From assembly GCF_050920415.1 (NCBI RefSeq), contig NZ_CP169309.1: a stretch of DNA of 64,000 nt; one strand, given 5' to 3'. Position 1 is the stretch's first letter. Every line of letters starts with the position of its first letter. The notes beneath the pieces are model-generated. The model was given only the letters and a program-made list of their open reading frames with translations, had not been told where the DNA came from and did not search any database. Positions 10,169 to 20,947 of the stretch are shown in pieces. The position numbers were made by a program, and so were the translations under genes. The DNA is from Escherichia coli (GTDB taxonomy: Bacteria; Pseudomonadota; Gammaproteobacteria; Enterobacterales; Enterobacteriaceae).

Positions 10169-11779
10169 TCAGTTGTCGCCTTTGAATACGGTTCCAGCAG
10201 GAAGCACTGGCGCTTTTCCCGGGGCTTCAACCGGTGTCTGCGGGAGATAATGTTCAACTTGATGAGCTGGAATGTCGGCGTAATCCTGTTTCAGCCAGCG
10301 AATAAATCCGCCGACTTTCACCAGTAAAATGGCGAGGAAGGGAAGGGCAGTGAGGACGACGGTAGTTTTCATTGTTTCCAGCGAAGCACCGGTAAACAAG
10401 ATGGAAAGCGGGATCAGAGTGATCACTACGCACCAGAACAGACGCAGCCCACGGTCAGGATCGTCACCTTCCTGGAGATTACGCGTGCTGGTCGCCGCCA
10501 TGGTGTAAGCCACCGCATCCATATGCGAGGCGAGGAAGATAATCATCACGCCCAGGTATGCGGCGAGGAACAATTTACCGGCTGGCAACGACATCAGAAC
10601 TTGCTGCACAGCTGTTTCGCCGCCCAGTGTTTCCAGCACCTGTGGGACGTTGATTACGCCATTGATAAACTGATGAATGGCATAGCTTTCCATTACACCG
10701 AAGAAGAACCAGCAACCGACAGTGCTGCCGAGGATCAGTCCCCAGATAACTTCTTTAATCTTTCGACCGCGCGAAACGCGGGTGACAAACATTGCTACGC
10801 CAGGGGTGTATGAGATCCACCACAGCCAGTAGAAAACGGTCCAGTTGCGGGTAAATGAACCATCGCCAAGCGGATCGGTGAATAAGCTCATTTGCAGGAA
10901 GTTTTGCGTGGTCAGGCCGATGGCATTGATGATGCTGTTGGTAATAAATTCGGTTGGACCGACAATCAGCACCAGTAATGGCAGCAGGAATGCGCCCCAG
11001 CCAACCATTTTGCTTAGACGTTGCAAACCGTTGTTGATACCAATCCACGAGCTTAGGCAAAAAATGCCGCCGGAAAGCAGGATCACAAATGCCTGTACGG
11101 TAAAGTTATCGGGTAAACCGGTCAGCGCGGAAAGCCCACGGGTAAAGGTTGCTGCGGTGACAACAAGGGAAATGGTCAGTGCGCCGACAGTGGCGATCAG
11201 GAACATCAAATCGACCAGTTTCCCCCACGGGCCTTGCGGGCGAACGCCGGTAATAGCAGCAATAATGCCGGAAAGGCTCAGCCCTTTATTTTTCCGCACA
11301 TGAAAGTGATAAGCCATGATTAATGAGGCCAGCGTATAAGTTGCCCAGGCGCTGATGCCCCAGTGGAAGAAGGAGTAGGGAACGCTAAATTCGAGTGCCT
11401 GTTGTGAACGCGGTGCGATATTTAATCCAGGCGTTTGATAATAATAGGCCCATTCAGCAACCCCCCAATAAAGCGTAGAAGAACCTAAACCTGCACAAAT
11501 AAACATAAACAGCCAGGAGAGCGTGCTGTATTCCGGTTTTCCTTCGCCAAGACGAATATTGCCGTATTTACTGGTGGCTAAATAAATCACCAGTCCCATT
11601 GCCAGCAAAACCAATACCTGTACGGCGGAACCTAACGTACGCGTGACAAAAGTGTATATAGCGTTTGCCGCGTCGGCCGATTGTTGTGGGAAAAGGCTTA
11701 ATGCAGCTGCGATGAAAAGAATGGCCACCAGGCTGATGCTTATCAACGGCACATCTTTTTTCTTAACATTGCTCATCAT
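10169..11779 (-). CDS. yeaV: BCCT-family transporter YeaV (probable carnitine/betaine-type transporter)
   Basis: ORF track 536 aa; multi-TM BCCT-like sequence; start uncertain (reference annotation may be shorter). Confidence 0.8.
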   Translation of the reverse strand: MMSNVKKKDVPLISISLVAILFIAAALSLFPQQSADAANAIYTFVTRTLGSAVQVLVLLAMGLVIYLATSKYGNIRLGEGKPEYSTLSWLFMFICAGLGSSTLYWGVAEWAYYYQTPGLNIAPRSQQALEFSVPYSFFHWGISAWATYTLASLIMAYHFHVRKNKGLSLSGIIAAITGVRPQGPWGKLVDLMFLIATVGALTISLVVTAATFTRGLSALTGLPDNFTVQAFVILLSGGIFCLSSWIGINNGLQRLSKMVGWGAFLLPLLVLIVGPTEFITNSIINAIGLTTQNFLQMSLFTDPLGDGSFTRNWTVFYWLWWISYTPGVAMFVTRVSRGRKIKEVIWGLILGSTVGCWFFFGVMESYAIHQFINGVINVPQVLETLGGETAVQQVLMSLPAGKLFLAAYLGVMIIFLASHMDAVAYTMAATSTRNLQEGDDPDRGLRLFWCVVITLIPLSILFTGASLETMKTTVVLTALPFLAILLVKVGGFIRWLKQDYADIPAHQVEHYLPQTPVEAPGKAPVLPAGTVFKGDN

Positions 11780-11982
11780 GAGTCATCTCCTGGGCATAAA
11801 AGCCCGCCTCTGGCTTTTGCCAGTTGTAATTATTTGCAGGGTATGAGTTGTATGTTGTGTTTAACAAATTGATTATTTACATGTTACATAAATTAAACAA
11901 TTAAGAATACGGAAAGCCATAAAACACGAAACGGAAACAATAAAAGGTGAAATGACGCAGGTTATTTACTGCAAAGAACGAA

Positions 11983-12008
11983 TAAAAAAACCGCGTCAGT
12001 GACGCGGT
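11983..12008 (-). terminator. Rho-independent terminator downstream of dmlA
   Basis: Stem CCGCGTC/GACGCGG with U-run on the minus-strand transcript (A7 on plus strand). Confidence 0.65.
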
Positions 12009-12028
12009 TCAAATAAACTGGTTTGACC

Positions 12029-13114
12029 TTAACGCAAAATAATTTTGCAAATCGCGTCGGCAACCTGTGGCGTGGTGGCATTGCCTTTCATATCAGGTGT
12101 TTTCGGCCCGTGAGCAATCACTTCTTCAATCGCGGCCAGAATACCGTTATGCGCTTGCTGGAAACGCTCATCGCCATTGCCGAGAAAATCGAGCATCATT
12201 GCACCGGCCCAAATCGTGGCGATAGGGTTAGCAATATTTTTCCCGTAGATATCCGGCGCGGAACCGTGGACTGGCTCGAAGAGCGACGGGAAAGTGCGTT
12301 CCGGATTCAGGTTGGCGGATGGGGCAATGCCAATGGTGCCGGTGCAGGCCGGGCCAAGATCGGAAAGGATATCGCCAAACAAATTGGACGCCACTACCAC
12401 ATCGAAGCGTTCCGGCTGCATCACAAAACGTGCGCAGAGAATGTCAATATGCTGCTTGTCCCAGCGGATCTCCGGGTAATTCTCAGCCATTGCTTCCACT
12501 CGCTCATCCCAATACGGCATGCTGATGGCTAAACCGTTCGATTTAGTGGCAGAAGTTAGCGTCTTACGTGGGCGGCTTTGCGCAAGTTCAAAGGCATAGC
12601 GCAAAATACGATCGACACCACGACGAGTAAATACCGATTCCTGAATGACGACTTCATGCTCTGTACCTTCATTCACTCTACCGCCGAGCGAGGAATATTC
12701 GCCTTCGGTGTTTTCCCTGACCACGTAAAAATCGATGTCGCCAGGCTGTTTTCCCGCCAGCGGGCAGGGAACGCCAGGAAAGAGACGAACCGGGCGCAGG
12801 TTGACGTACTGGTCGAACTCACGACGAAATTTCAGCAGCGAACCCCACAACGAAATATGGTCCGGAACGGTATCCGGCCAGCCGGCGGCACCAAAATAGA
12901 TGGCGTCGAAACGGCTAAGTTGCTCATGCCAGTCGTCCGGCATCATTTTACCGTGATGGCTGTAATACTCGCAGCTCGCCCACTCCATTTGCTCAAAACT
13001 CAAGGCGAAGCCCCAGCGCTCAGCGGCAGCCTGTAACACGCGAATCCCTTCAGGAAGGACTTCTTTGCCAATCCCGTCTCCCGGGATCGCAGCAATACGC
13101 ATCGTTTTCATCAT
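12029..13114 (-). CDS. dmlA: D-malate dehydrogenase (decarboxylating), isocitrate/isopropylmalate dehydrogenase family
   Basis: ORF track 361 aa; IDH/IPMDH family sequence; divergent from LysR gene. Confidence 0.9.
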   Translation of the reverse strand: MMKTMRIAAIPGDGIGKEVLPEGIRVLQAAAERWGFALSFEQMEWASCEYYSHHGKMMPDDWHEQLSRFDAIYFGAAGWPDTVPDHISLWGSLLKFRREFDQYVNLRPVRLFPGVPCPLAGKQPGDIDFYVVRENTEGEYSSLGGRVNEGTEHEVVIQESVFTRRGVDRILRYAFELAQSRPRKTLTSATKSNGLAISMPYWDERVEAMAENYPEIRWDKQHIDILCARFVMQPERFDVVVASNLFGDILSDLGPACTGTIGIAPSANLNPERTFPSLFEPVHGSAPDIYGKNIANPIATIWAGAMMLDFLGNGDERFQQAHNGILAAIEEVIAHGPKTPDMKGNATTPQVADAICKIILR

Positions 13115-13216
13115 TGGGTTCTCACTTCCTGACCATCAAAATTGACAACCTCACCATCCTATAATTGACTGAAAAGGAATTAATCCCCGCAACTGGTGAA
13201 ACATAAAACACGAATC

Positions 13217-14140
13217 ATGAATAATTTACCGCTGCTGAACGATTTGCGCGTCTTTATGCTGGTGGCTCGCCGGGCTGGTTTTGCCGCTGTGGCGGAAGAA
13301 TTGGGTGTTTCACCGGCTTTTGTCAGCAAACGCATTGCCTTGCTGGAACAAACGCTAAATGTGGTGTTGTTACACCGTACCACCCGCCGCGTCACCATTA
13401 CCGAAGAAGGAGAGCGGATTTATGAATGGGCGCAGCGGATTTTGCAGGATGTCGGCCAGATGATGGACGAACTTTCTGACGTGCGTCAGGTGCCGCAGGG
13501 GATGCTGCGTATTATCAGCAGCTTTGGTTTTGGACGACAGGTAGTGGCTCCGGCGTTATCAGCGCTGGCGAAAGCGTATCCGCAACTGGAATTACGTTTT
13601 GATGTGGAAGACCGGTTGGTCGATTTGGTCAATGAAGGTGTCGATCTCGACATTCGCATTGGCGATGACATCGCCCCTAATTTAATCGCCCGCAAACTGG
13701 CGACCAATTACCGTATTCTCTGCGCATCGCCGGAATTTATTGCGCAATATGGCACGCCGAAACATTTAACCGACCTTTCTGCATTGCCGTGCCTGGTCAT
13801 TAAAGAGCGCGATCATCCTTTTGGTATCTGGCAATTACGCAATAAAGAAGGCCACCATGCGATTAAAGTCACCGGCCCGCTGTCGTCTAATCATGGAGAA
13901 ATTGTTCATCAGTGGTGTCTTGATGGTCAGGGGATTGCGCTACGCTCCTGGTGGGATGTCAGCGAAAATATTGCCAGTGGTCATTTAGTGCAAGTGCTAC
14001 CGGAGTATTACCAGCCAGCAAATGTCTGGGCCGTTTATGTTTCAAGGCTGGCGACGTCAGCGAAAGTGCGGATAACGGTAGAATTTTTACGCCAGTATTT
14101 TGCCGAGCACTACCCGAATTTTTCACTGGAGCATGCCTGA
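13217..14140 (+). CDS. dmlR: LysR-type transcriptional regulator DmlR (about 307 aa)
   Basis: ORF track 13196..14140; start trimmed to MNNLPLLNDL; N-terminal HTH. Confidence 0.85.
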   Translation: MNNLPLLNDLRVFMLVARRAGFAAVAEELGVSPAFVSKRIALLEQTLNVVLLHRTTRRVTITEEGERIYEWAQRILQDVGQMMDELSDVRQVPQGMLRIISSFGFGRQVVAPALSALAKAYPQLELRFDVEDRLVDLVNEGVDLDIRIGDDIAPNLIARKLATNYRILCASPEFIAQYGTPKHLTDLSALPCLVIKERDHPFGIWQLRNKEGHHAIKVTGPLSSNHGEIVHQWCLDGQGIALRSWWDVSENIASGHLVQVLPEYYQPANVWAVYVSRLATSAKVRITVEFLRQYFAEHYPNFSLEHA

Positions 14141-14197
14141 TTAATGATTCAATTATCGGGTTGATATCGGGTTAAAACCTGATTTTCTCCTTTCTAA

Positions 14198-14905
<708 letters not shown>

Positions 14906-14988
14906 TGCTTTCAGCCCGCGTTATCGCGGGCTTCCTGCCTGTAATCTTTCCTTATTCATCGCTGATACGGTGCTAAAAAGTAACCAAT

Positions 14989-15011
14989 AAATGGTATTTA
15001 AAATGCAAATT
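14989..15011. promoter_or_regulatory. NsrR-type operator (AAATGGTATTT-A-AAATGCAAATT) upstream of yeaR-yoaG
   Basis: Two 11-bp half-sites resembling AAGATGCATTT / AAATGCATCTT around a 1-nt spacer, about 70 nt upstream of yeaR ATG. Confidence 0.5.
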
Positions 15012-15077
15012 ATCAGGCGTACCCTGAAACGGCTGAAATAAACTGTTTTCAGCACATTCATCGAAGGAGGGAAAAGG

Positions 15078-15437
15078 ATGCTGCAAATCCCACAGAATTA
15101 TATTCATACGCGCTCAACGCCTTTCTGGAATAAACAAACTGCGCCTGCCGGAATATTCGAACGTCATCTTGATAAAGGAACGCGCCCGGGGGTATACCCA
15201 CGCCTTTCCGTTATGCATGGGGCGGTCAAATATCTCGGCTACGCTGATGAACACAGTGCAGAACCTGATCAGGTGATCCTTATCGAAGCGGGGCAGTTTG
15301 CGGTGTTTCCGCCAGAAAAGTGGCACAACATTGAAACCATGACTGACGATACTTATTTCAACATTGACTTCTTCGTTGCTCCTGAAGTCCTGATGGAAGG
15401 CGCGCAACAACGGAAAGTCATTCATAACGGGAAATGA
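15078..15437 (+). CDS. yeaR: DUF1971 protein YeaR
   Basis: ORF track 119 aa; synteny; NsrR-like operator upstream. Confidence 0.8.
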   Translation: MLQIPQNYIHTRSTPFWNKQTAPAGIFERHLDKGTRPGVYPRLSVMHGAVKYLGYADEHSAEPDQVILIEAGQFAVFPPEKWHNIETMTDDTYFNIDFFVAPEVLMEGAQQRKVIHNGK

Positions 15438-15440
15438 ATC

Positions 15441-15623
15441 ATGGGCAAAGCAACGTATACCGTGACCGTTACCAATAACAGCAATGGTGTTTCTGTCGAT
15501 TATGAAACAGAGACGCCGATGACTTTGCTGGTGCCAGAAGTGGCGGCTGAAGTGATAAAAGATCTGGTGAATACCGTGCGTTCTTATGACACGGAAAACG
15601 AACATGATGTTTGTGGTTGGTAA
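15441..15623 (+). CDS. yoaG: Small protein YoaG (60 aa)
   Basis: ORF track; 3 nt downstream of yeaR, likely co-transcribed. Confidence 0.75.
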   Translation: MGKATYTVTVTNNSNGVSVDYETETPMTLLVPEVAAEVIKDLVNTVRSYDTENEHDVCGW

Positions 15624-15770
15624 TTATCACTGATCGTAGATGGCGCAATTTCTGCGCCATCGCAAAAAAATCCTCCGTGATGCTTGTCACAAATCTTGCC
15701 CTCCTGATGTTGTGCTATGCTTTTTATCAGCGACTAACCCGCTAATGCAAAACAGATAAGTGAGGAAACA

Positions 15771-16019
15771 ATGGGCATTCTGTCATGGATTATTTTTGGG
15801 CTTATTGCCGGTATTCTGGCGAAGTGGATCATGCCAGGTAAAGATGGTGGTGGATTCTTTATGACTATCCTGCTGGGAATAGTCGGTGCCGTAGTCGGCG
15901 GATGGATCAGCACGCTGTTTGGCTTTGGTAAAGTCGATGGCTTCAATTTTGGCAGCTTCGTGGTTGCCGTTATTGGTGCGATTGTCGTGCTGTTTATCTA
16001 CAGAAAGATCAAAAGTTAA
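15771..16019 (+). CDS. yeaQ: GlsB/YeaQ/YmgE-family small membrane protein
   Basis: ORF track 82 aa; Gly-rich double TM sequence. Confidence 0.8.
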   Translation: MGILSWIIFGLIAGILAKWIMPGKDGGGFFMTILLGIVGAVVGGWISTLFGFGKVDGFNFGSFVVAVIGAIVVLFIYRKIKS

Positions 16020-16077
16020 CGCGTAAATTGCACAAAGGCTGCACACAGGCAGCCTTTGCTATTTTTTAGATGTGACG

Positions 16078-16152
16078 TTACCACCATCCCAACTCAGTGC
16101 CGAGAACGACAATAATCGCTACGCCCATCATAATAATCGTTGTTTTTTTCAT
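16078..16152 (-). CDS. yoaJ: Small membrane protein YoaJ (24 aa)
   Basis: Reverse-strand ORF MKKTTIIMMGVAIIVVLGTELGWW, preceded by GGAGCA SD-like sequence; not in ORF track (too short). Confidence 0.6.
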   Translation of the reverse strand: MKKTTIIMMGVAIIVVLGTELGWW

Positions 16153-16154
16153 CT

Positions 16155-16253
16155 TTATGCTCCCGGGGCAGCATAGCCGCCAATAAAAAACCATGCTAAA
16201 AATACGACCGCTGTAATAAAGATTACAACCGGAAAAATAATACCGATTCGCAT
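16155..16253 (-). CDS. yoaK: Small membrane protein YoaK (32 aa)
   Basis: Reverse-strand ORF MRIGIIFPVVIFITAVVFLAWFFIGGYAAPGA; stop 3 nt before yoaJ ATG. Confidence 0.6.
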   Translation of the reverse strand: MRIGIIFPVVIFITAVVFLAWFFIGGYAAPGA

Positions 16254-16285
16254 GTTATCACCAATCAAAAGGATGTGAATACGCC

Positions 16286-17311
16286 TCAGGAATGTAGCAC
16301 TGAATGCGCGACAAAAGGTGTTTTCTGTTTGTGTTTTTTCTCCTGATACATCGCGATATCGGCAGCATGCAGGGCGCTGTCTGCATCGGTCGTTTCAGGA
16401 TCGACTTCTACTATGCCAAGACTGGCACCAGGATAATACAAATCAACATCACCTAAGTGATATTCTCCGCGTATTTGCTGTTGAATACGTTCTCGCAGCG
16501 ATGGAATATCCGCATTCTCATTGTTCAGTGAAACAACCAAAAACTCATCACCGCCGAGACGACCAATAACTTCGCCATTTTGCTGGAGCGTATTAAGGCG
16601 CTCGCCAACCTGAATAAGAAACAGATCGCCACTATTATGACCAAAACGATCATTGATTAATTTGAAGTTATCCAGATCGATAAATGCGATCATTATCTTA
16701 TGGTTAAGATGCCGGGCGAGGGAAAACAGCGTCGTCAGATTTTCAAAAATCGCCCGCCGATTTGGTAACCCGGTTAACGAGTCGGTATACGATTGCGCAA
16801 TCAGCGCGGCATTGGCTTCGCGCAGCTGTTCTACCAGCGCCTCTTTTTGAATATATTGTGCAATCAGTCCGGCGAATAACTGCAAAACCTGTTCCGCGCG
16901 TTCACTCCACTGGCGCTTCTCACTGCTGGCGGCGCAAAGCGTGCCATAGAATGATCCATCCGGTAAGTGAATTGGCGTGCTCAGAAATGTGGTGATGCCA
17001 AGATTGCGTGCCGCAATACAGTCGCCCCAACGGTCGGGGACTTCATCGCTGAAAAAGCAGTTTTCATCAATGGCGCGTTTGCATAACGAGTAATCCCACG
17101 AGACGGTAAAATTCTCCGGGATGTGCATTTTCTGGCTGTTACGGGCAAACATTATATGCTGCAGGCGCGCTTCGACATCCACTTTGGTCAGGTAGGTTGA
17201 TTCCATATCAGTGACCATTTCCAGCATCTCCAGAAGCTGTCGGACCAGACTTTCCAGTGACTGTTCTTTGGCAAGGGATTGCGAGACGCGGGCGATAATC
17301 TGATCTGACAC
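16286..17311 (-). CDS. yeaP: Diguanylate cyclase with GAF domain (about 341 aa), probable GTG start
   Basis: ORF track 16286..17440; intact GGDEF motif (RLGGDEF); start trimmed by expected length. Confidence 0.8.
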   Translation of the reverse strand: MSDQIIARVSQSLAKEQSLESLVRQLLEMLEMVTDMESTYLTKVDVEARLQHIMFARNSQKMHIPENFTVSWDYSLCKRAIDENCFFSDEVPDRWGDCIAARNLGITTFLSTPIHLPDGSFYGTLCAASSEKRQWSERAEQVLQLFAGLIAQYIQKEALVEQLREANAALIAQSYTDSLTGLPNRRAIFENLTTLFSLARHLNHKIMIAFIDLDNFKLINDRFGHNSGDLFLIQVGERLNTLQQNGEVIGRLGGDEFLVVSLNNENADIPSLRERIQQQIRGEYHLGDVDLYYPGASLGIVEVDPETTDADSALHAADIAMYQEKKHKQKTPFVAHSVLHS

Positions 17312-17493
17312 GAAACAACTCCAGGATACGGCGGGTAAATGCTGATTATTTAATCTTTGCAGGCATGATAAAACATCATCAACAAAGATGAAACAAGGCG
17401 TAATATGATTTGAGTGAATGTAATAAAAATAGTGCTGCAAAACAAAACGATACCGCGATACTCTAAGCCTGGATAAATATGTGAGATCAATAA

Positions 17494-17748
17494 ATGAAAA
17501 TTATCAGTTTTGTTCTGCCTTGCTTGCTGGTCCTGGCTGGTTGTTCAACCCCTTCTCAGCCAGAAGCACCTAAACCGCCGCAGATTGGTATGGCAAATCC
17601 GGCGTCGGTCTATTGCCAGCAGAAGGGCGGGACGCTCATTCCTGTGCAGACAGCGCAAGGGGTCAGCAACAATTGCAAATTACCGGGCGGTGAAACGATT
17701 GATGAATGGGCATTGTGGCGACGGGACCATCCGGCTGGTGAAAAATAA
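17494..17748 (+). CDS. yoaF: DUF333 lipoprotein YoaF
   Basis: ORF track 84 aa; lipobox LAGC. Confidence 0.8.
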   Translation: MKIISFVLPCLLVLAGCSTPSQPEAPKPPQIGMANPASVYCQQKGGTLIPVQTAQGVSNNCKLPGGETIDEWALWRRDHPAGEK

Positions 17749-17769
17749 CCGCCGGATGCTGCACTAAAA

Positions 17770-18117
17770 TCACAAGCTACGTAGCCAGTCGGCCAGCACC
17801 AGCGCATGGTTCTGCGTGGTGTTTTTTGCTGAGTAGAGCAGGGTCAGCGGCTGTTTTTTGGCGATGTCTGCCAGCCGCTTTCCTTCTTGCTCGTGTTGCG
17901 TCAGTTCTGCAAGATATTGCTCGCGAAAGGTTGCAAAATCGACGACTTCGCCGTGAAAGGCTTTGCGCAGTTCCGTTGACGGCGTGATTTCTTTATCCCA
18001 CTCATCAAGGGCTAAATCGGTTTTTTTGATACCGCGTGGCCAGAGGCGGTCGACCAGTACGCGATAACCATCGCTCTGTTCAGCCGGATCATAAACGCGT
18101 TTGCACTGAATATTCAT
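17770..18117 (-). CDS. yeaO: DUF488 protein YeaO (about 115 aa)
   Basis: ORF track 17770..18138; start trimmed to MNIQCKRVYDP. Confidence 0.8.
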   Translation of the reverse strand: MNIQCKRVYDPAEQSDGYRVLVDRLWPRGIKKTDLALDEWDKEITPSTELRKAFHGEVVDFATFREQYLAELTQHEQEGKRLADIAKKQPLTLLYSAKNTTQNHALVLADWLRSL

Positions 18118-18171
18118 CGTATTTGTTCTCCCTTTCACGCATGATTTGTCACGTCACTATAGCACCGGATA

Positions 18172-19353
18172 TTAGCGAATTTCTTTGTCTCTCCCGGCGC
18201 AAAGTCCGAAAATCGCCATCAGTAGTGAAAGTATTGCAACACCCATCAGTGGTACGGACCAGTCACCGTTAGCATCGTGTATTTTACCCATCAGTGGCGG
18301 CCCACAGGCTGCCAGCAAATACCCGACGGATTGTGCCATCCCCGAGAGTGCCGCCGCCTGATGCGCAGAACTTGCCCGCAGACCAATGAACGTCAACCCC
18401 AGTATCATTGTTGCGCCGGAACCAAAACCGAAAAGCAGAGTCCAGGTGATCGCGTGTGCTGGCATAAAGCAGAGCCCAACCGCGCCCACTGCGCACATCA
18501 AGGCAACGAACGCTGCAATACCACGCTGATCTTTCACATGATGTAAGAAAAGTGGGATCAGCAAGCCGGGAGCTGCTGTGGCTAGTTGCAGCAAACCATG
18601 CAGTGAACCCGCCTGTGCTTCGCTATAGCCGTGACTGATGAGGATCGCCGGAAGCCAGCCAATAATCACGTAATAGACCAGTGAGTTGATCCCAAGAAAC
18701 AATGTCACCTGCCAGGCAAGCGGCGAACGCCAGATACCCCGAGTATGTAAGGCGCGTGAGGTACTCAAATTTGCATGTTGTTGACTTCGCCACTGTGGCA
18801 GCCATAAAAAAAGAGCCAGCAGAGGAAAACACATCAGCATGAGCAACGCGCCTTGCCAGCCAAAACCGTTCAAAGCCAGCGGCACTACCATAGCCGATCC
18901 CAGTGCCGCCGCAGCTCCCATTGTCAGGGAATATGCGCCGGTAAGTCTGGCGACGGAATGAGGGAAATCGCGTTTAATTAATCCTGGCAGTAAGACATTG
19001 CCTAATGCAATCCCACCGCCAATGACCGCTGTACCGCCAAATAATAAGTAAGGCGAAGGGAGAGAGCGAATTGCAATACCAGCACAGATCAAAAGTAACG
19101 CGGCAAACAGGCTACGTTCCATACCAAAACGTCGCGCCACCGGGGCGGCCAGCGGTGAGATTAGCGCAAAGGCTAATAATGGCAGGGTGGTCAATAAGCC
19201 GGTTTGCGCCGTCGTTAGCGAGTAAGCGGAACGAATCGTATCCAGTAACGGTGCTGCGCCGGTAAAGGTGACGCGTAATGTTGTGGCAATCATCAGAATG
19301 CCAGCGATAAGGACAATCCTGTTTTTACCGCTTAATGAAGTTGAACAGGTCAT
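18172..19353 (-). CDS. yeaN: MFS transporter YeaN (NimT, reported 2-nitroimidazole exporter)
   Basis: ORF track 393 aa; 12-TM MFS sequence; divergent AraC regulator. Confidence 0.85.
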   Translation of the reverse strand: MTCSTSLSGKNRIVLIAGILMIATTLRVTFTGAAPLLDTIRSAYSLTTAQTGLLTTLPLLAFALISPLAAPVARRFGMERSLFAALLLICAGIAIRSLPSPYLLFGGTAVIGGGIALGNVLLPGLIKRDFPHSVARLTGAYSLTMGAAAALGSAMVVPLALNGFGWQGALLMLMCFPLLALFLWLPQWRSQQHANLSTSRALHTRGIWRSPLAWQVTLFLGINSLVYYVIIGWLPAILISHGYSEAQAGSLHGLLQLATAAPGLLIPLFLHHVKDQRGIAAFVALMCAVGAVGLCFMPAHAITWTLLFGFGSGATMILGLTFIGLRASSAHQAAALSGMAQSVGYLLAACGPPLMGKIHDANGDWSVPLMGVAILSLLMAIFGLCAGRDKEIR

Positions 19354-19449
19354 ATGCTTCTCATTGTCACAAACGAGGCTGTACCTTACCGTTTTTATTG
19401 TTATGTTGAATCAAGCTAAAATGACAAAATATCGCTAAATTCTGACAAA

Positions 19450-20271
19450 ATGATGCACAGGTTGAATCTCAATGGCTATGAACCCGACCGACACCATGAA
19501 GCCGCGGTCGCATTTTGTATTCACGCCGGAACGGATGAGTTAACCAGTCCTGTACATCAGCACCGCAAAGGGCAGCTGATACTGGCGCTACATGGTGCAA
19601 TTACCTGTACGGTGGAAAATGCGTTGTGGATGGTGCCGCCGCAATATGCGGTTTGGATACCGGGAGGGGTGGAACATAGCAATCAAGTGACAGCTAACGC
19701 TGAACTCTGTTTTTTGTTTATAGAGCCCAGCGCAGTGACAATGCCGACAACATGTTGCACATTGAAAATATCGCCCTTATGCCGGGAATTAATTTTAACC
19801 CTGGCAAACAGGACGACGACTCAGCGTGCTGAGCCGATGACCCGCAGATTAATTCAGGTCCTGTTTGATGAACTCCCTCAGCAGCCACAACAACAGCTGC
19901 ACCTGCCCGTTTCTTCTCATCCTAAAATCCGCACGATGGTGGAGATGATGGCGAAAGAGCCCGTTGAGTGGGGCTCATTGGGGCAATGGGCTGGCTTTTT
20001 TGCGATGAGTGAACGCAATCTTGCCCGGCTGATAGTGAAAGAGACGGGGTTGAGTTTTCGCCAGTGGCGTCAGCAGTTACAGCTGATTATGGCGCTTCAG
20101 GGATTAGTGAAAGGCGATACTGTACAGAAAGTTGCTCATACGCTGGGGTATGATTCAACAACGGCCTTTATTACTATGTTTAAGAAAGGCCTGGGGCAAA
20201 CGCCAGGCCGATATATTGCGGGATTAACTACTGTTTCCCCACAATCAGCGAAACCAGACCCGCGGCAATAA
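19450..20271 (+). CDS. yeaM: AraC-family transcriptional regulator YeaM (NimR)
   Basis: ORF track 273 aa; cupin N-terminus plus AraC HTH C-terminus. Confidence 0.85.
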
Positions 20272-20674
20272 GCGGGCCAACCGGTACGCCGCGAAACAGC
20301 GCCACGCCCAAAACAGTGCCCACCAGCAGCCCGGCGACCAGTTGCGGCTGGCTGCCCATTAACGTCACGCCGCGCCCACCTAGCCAGGAGACAATAACGC
20401 CTACTGCAATTGCCACCAGCGATTTCCAGTTCAGAAACGAGTGAATCAGGGTTGAGGGCGGTAGCGTCCCGCTGGCGATGGGGGCCATAACGCCAATCGT
20501 CAGAATGATTATCCCGATACTTAGCCCCTGTTTTTCAATCCACGGGAAAAAGGTGCTTAACGGTGTGACGCGGACAATGATTAACACCAGAATTGAAACG
20601 GCCACAGTGGTGTTATGACTGATAAAGCCCAGCGCAGCTAACCCGAGCAGGATCAGCAAAGTGACATCAAACAT
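20228..20674 (-). CDS. yeaL: DUF441 inner-membrane protein YeaL
   Basis: ORF track 148 aa; all-TM sequence; 3' end overlaps yeaM 3' end. Confidence 0.8.
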
Positions 20675-20842
20675 CGTGGTTTCCTTGCCAAAAAATAATA
20701 AGCCTGCTTACTTTACGCTTGCTGCAGGAAGGAAGTAGAAAATCTTTACGTTTTTTGCATAAAAAATCAGGCGAACTGTCATCAAACTGCCATTTGTACA
20801 CGCTATCAATAACGTGAAAACAGTTATCTCCCGGGGCATACC

Positions 20843-20947
20843 ATGAACGATCAAATGTTCGTTGAGACACTGATTATCACGTCATCGTTTTTTGTTATTG
20901 CTGTTGTGCTGGTTTTGTCCGTTCTGCTTATTGAACGGACAGGCTAG
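20843..20947 (+). CDS. yoaI: Small membrane protein YoaI (34 aa)
   Basis: [37 protein letters not shown] read from sequence; not in ORF track. Confidence 0.6.
   Translation: MNDQMFVETLIITSSFFVIAVVLVLSVLLIERTG

Noticed and set aside
13142-13165. Perfect TTGACA and TATAAT hexamers in the dmlA-dmlR spacer as a promoter
   Set aside because: Only a 12-nt spacer between the hexamers, incompatible with a sigma70 promoter as paired
15630-15670. Hairpin GATGGCGCA-ATTTC-TGCGCCATC after yoaG as an intrinsic terminator
   Set aside because: Followed by an A-run rather than a U-run on the coding strand; not a canonical terminator in either direction
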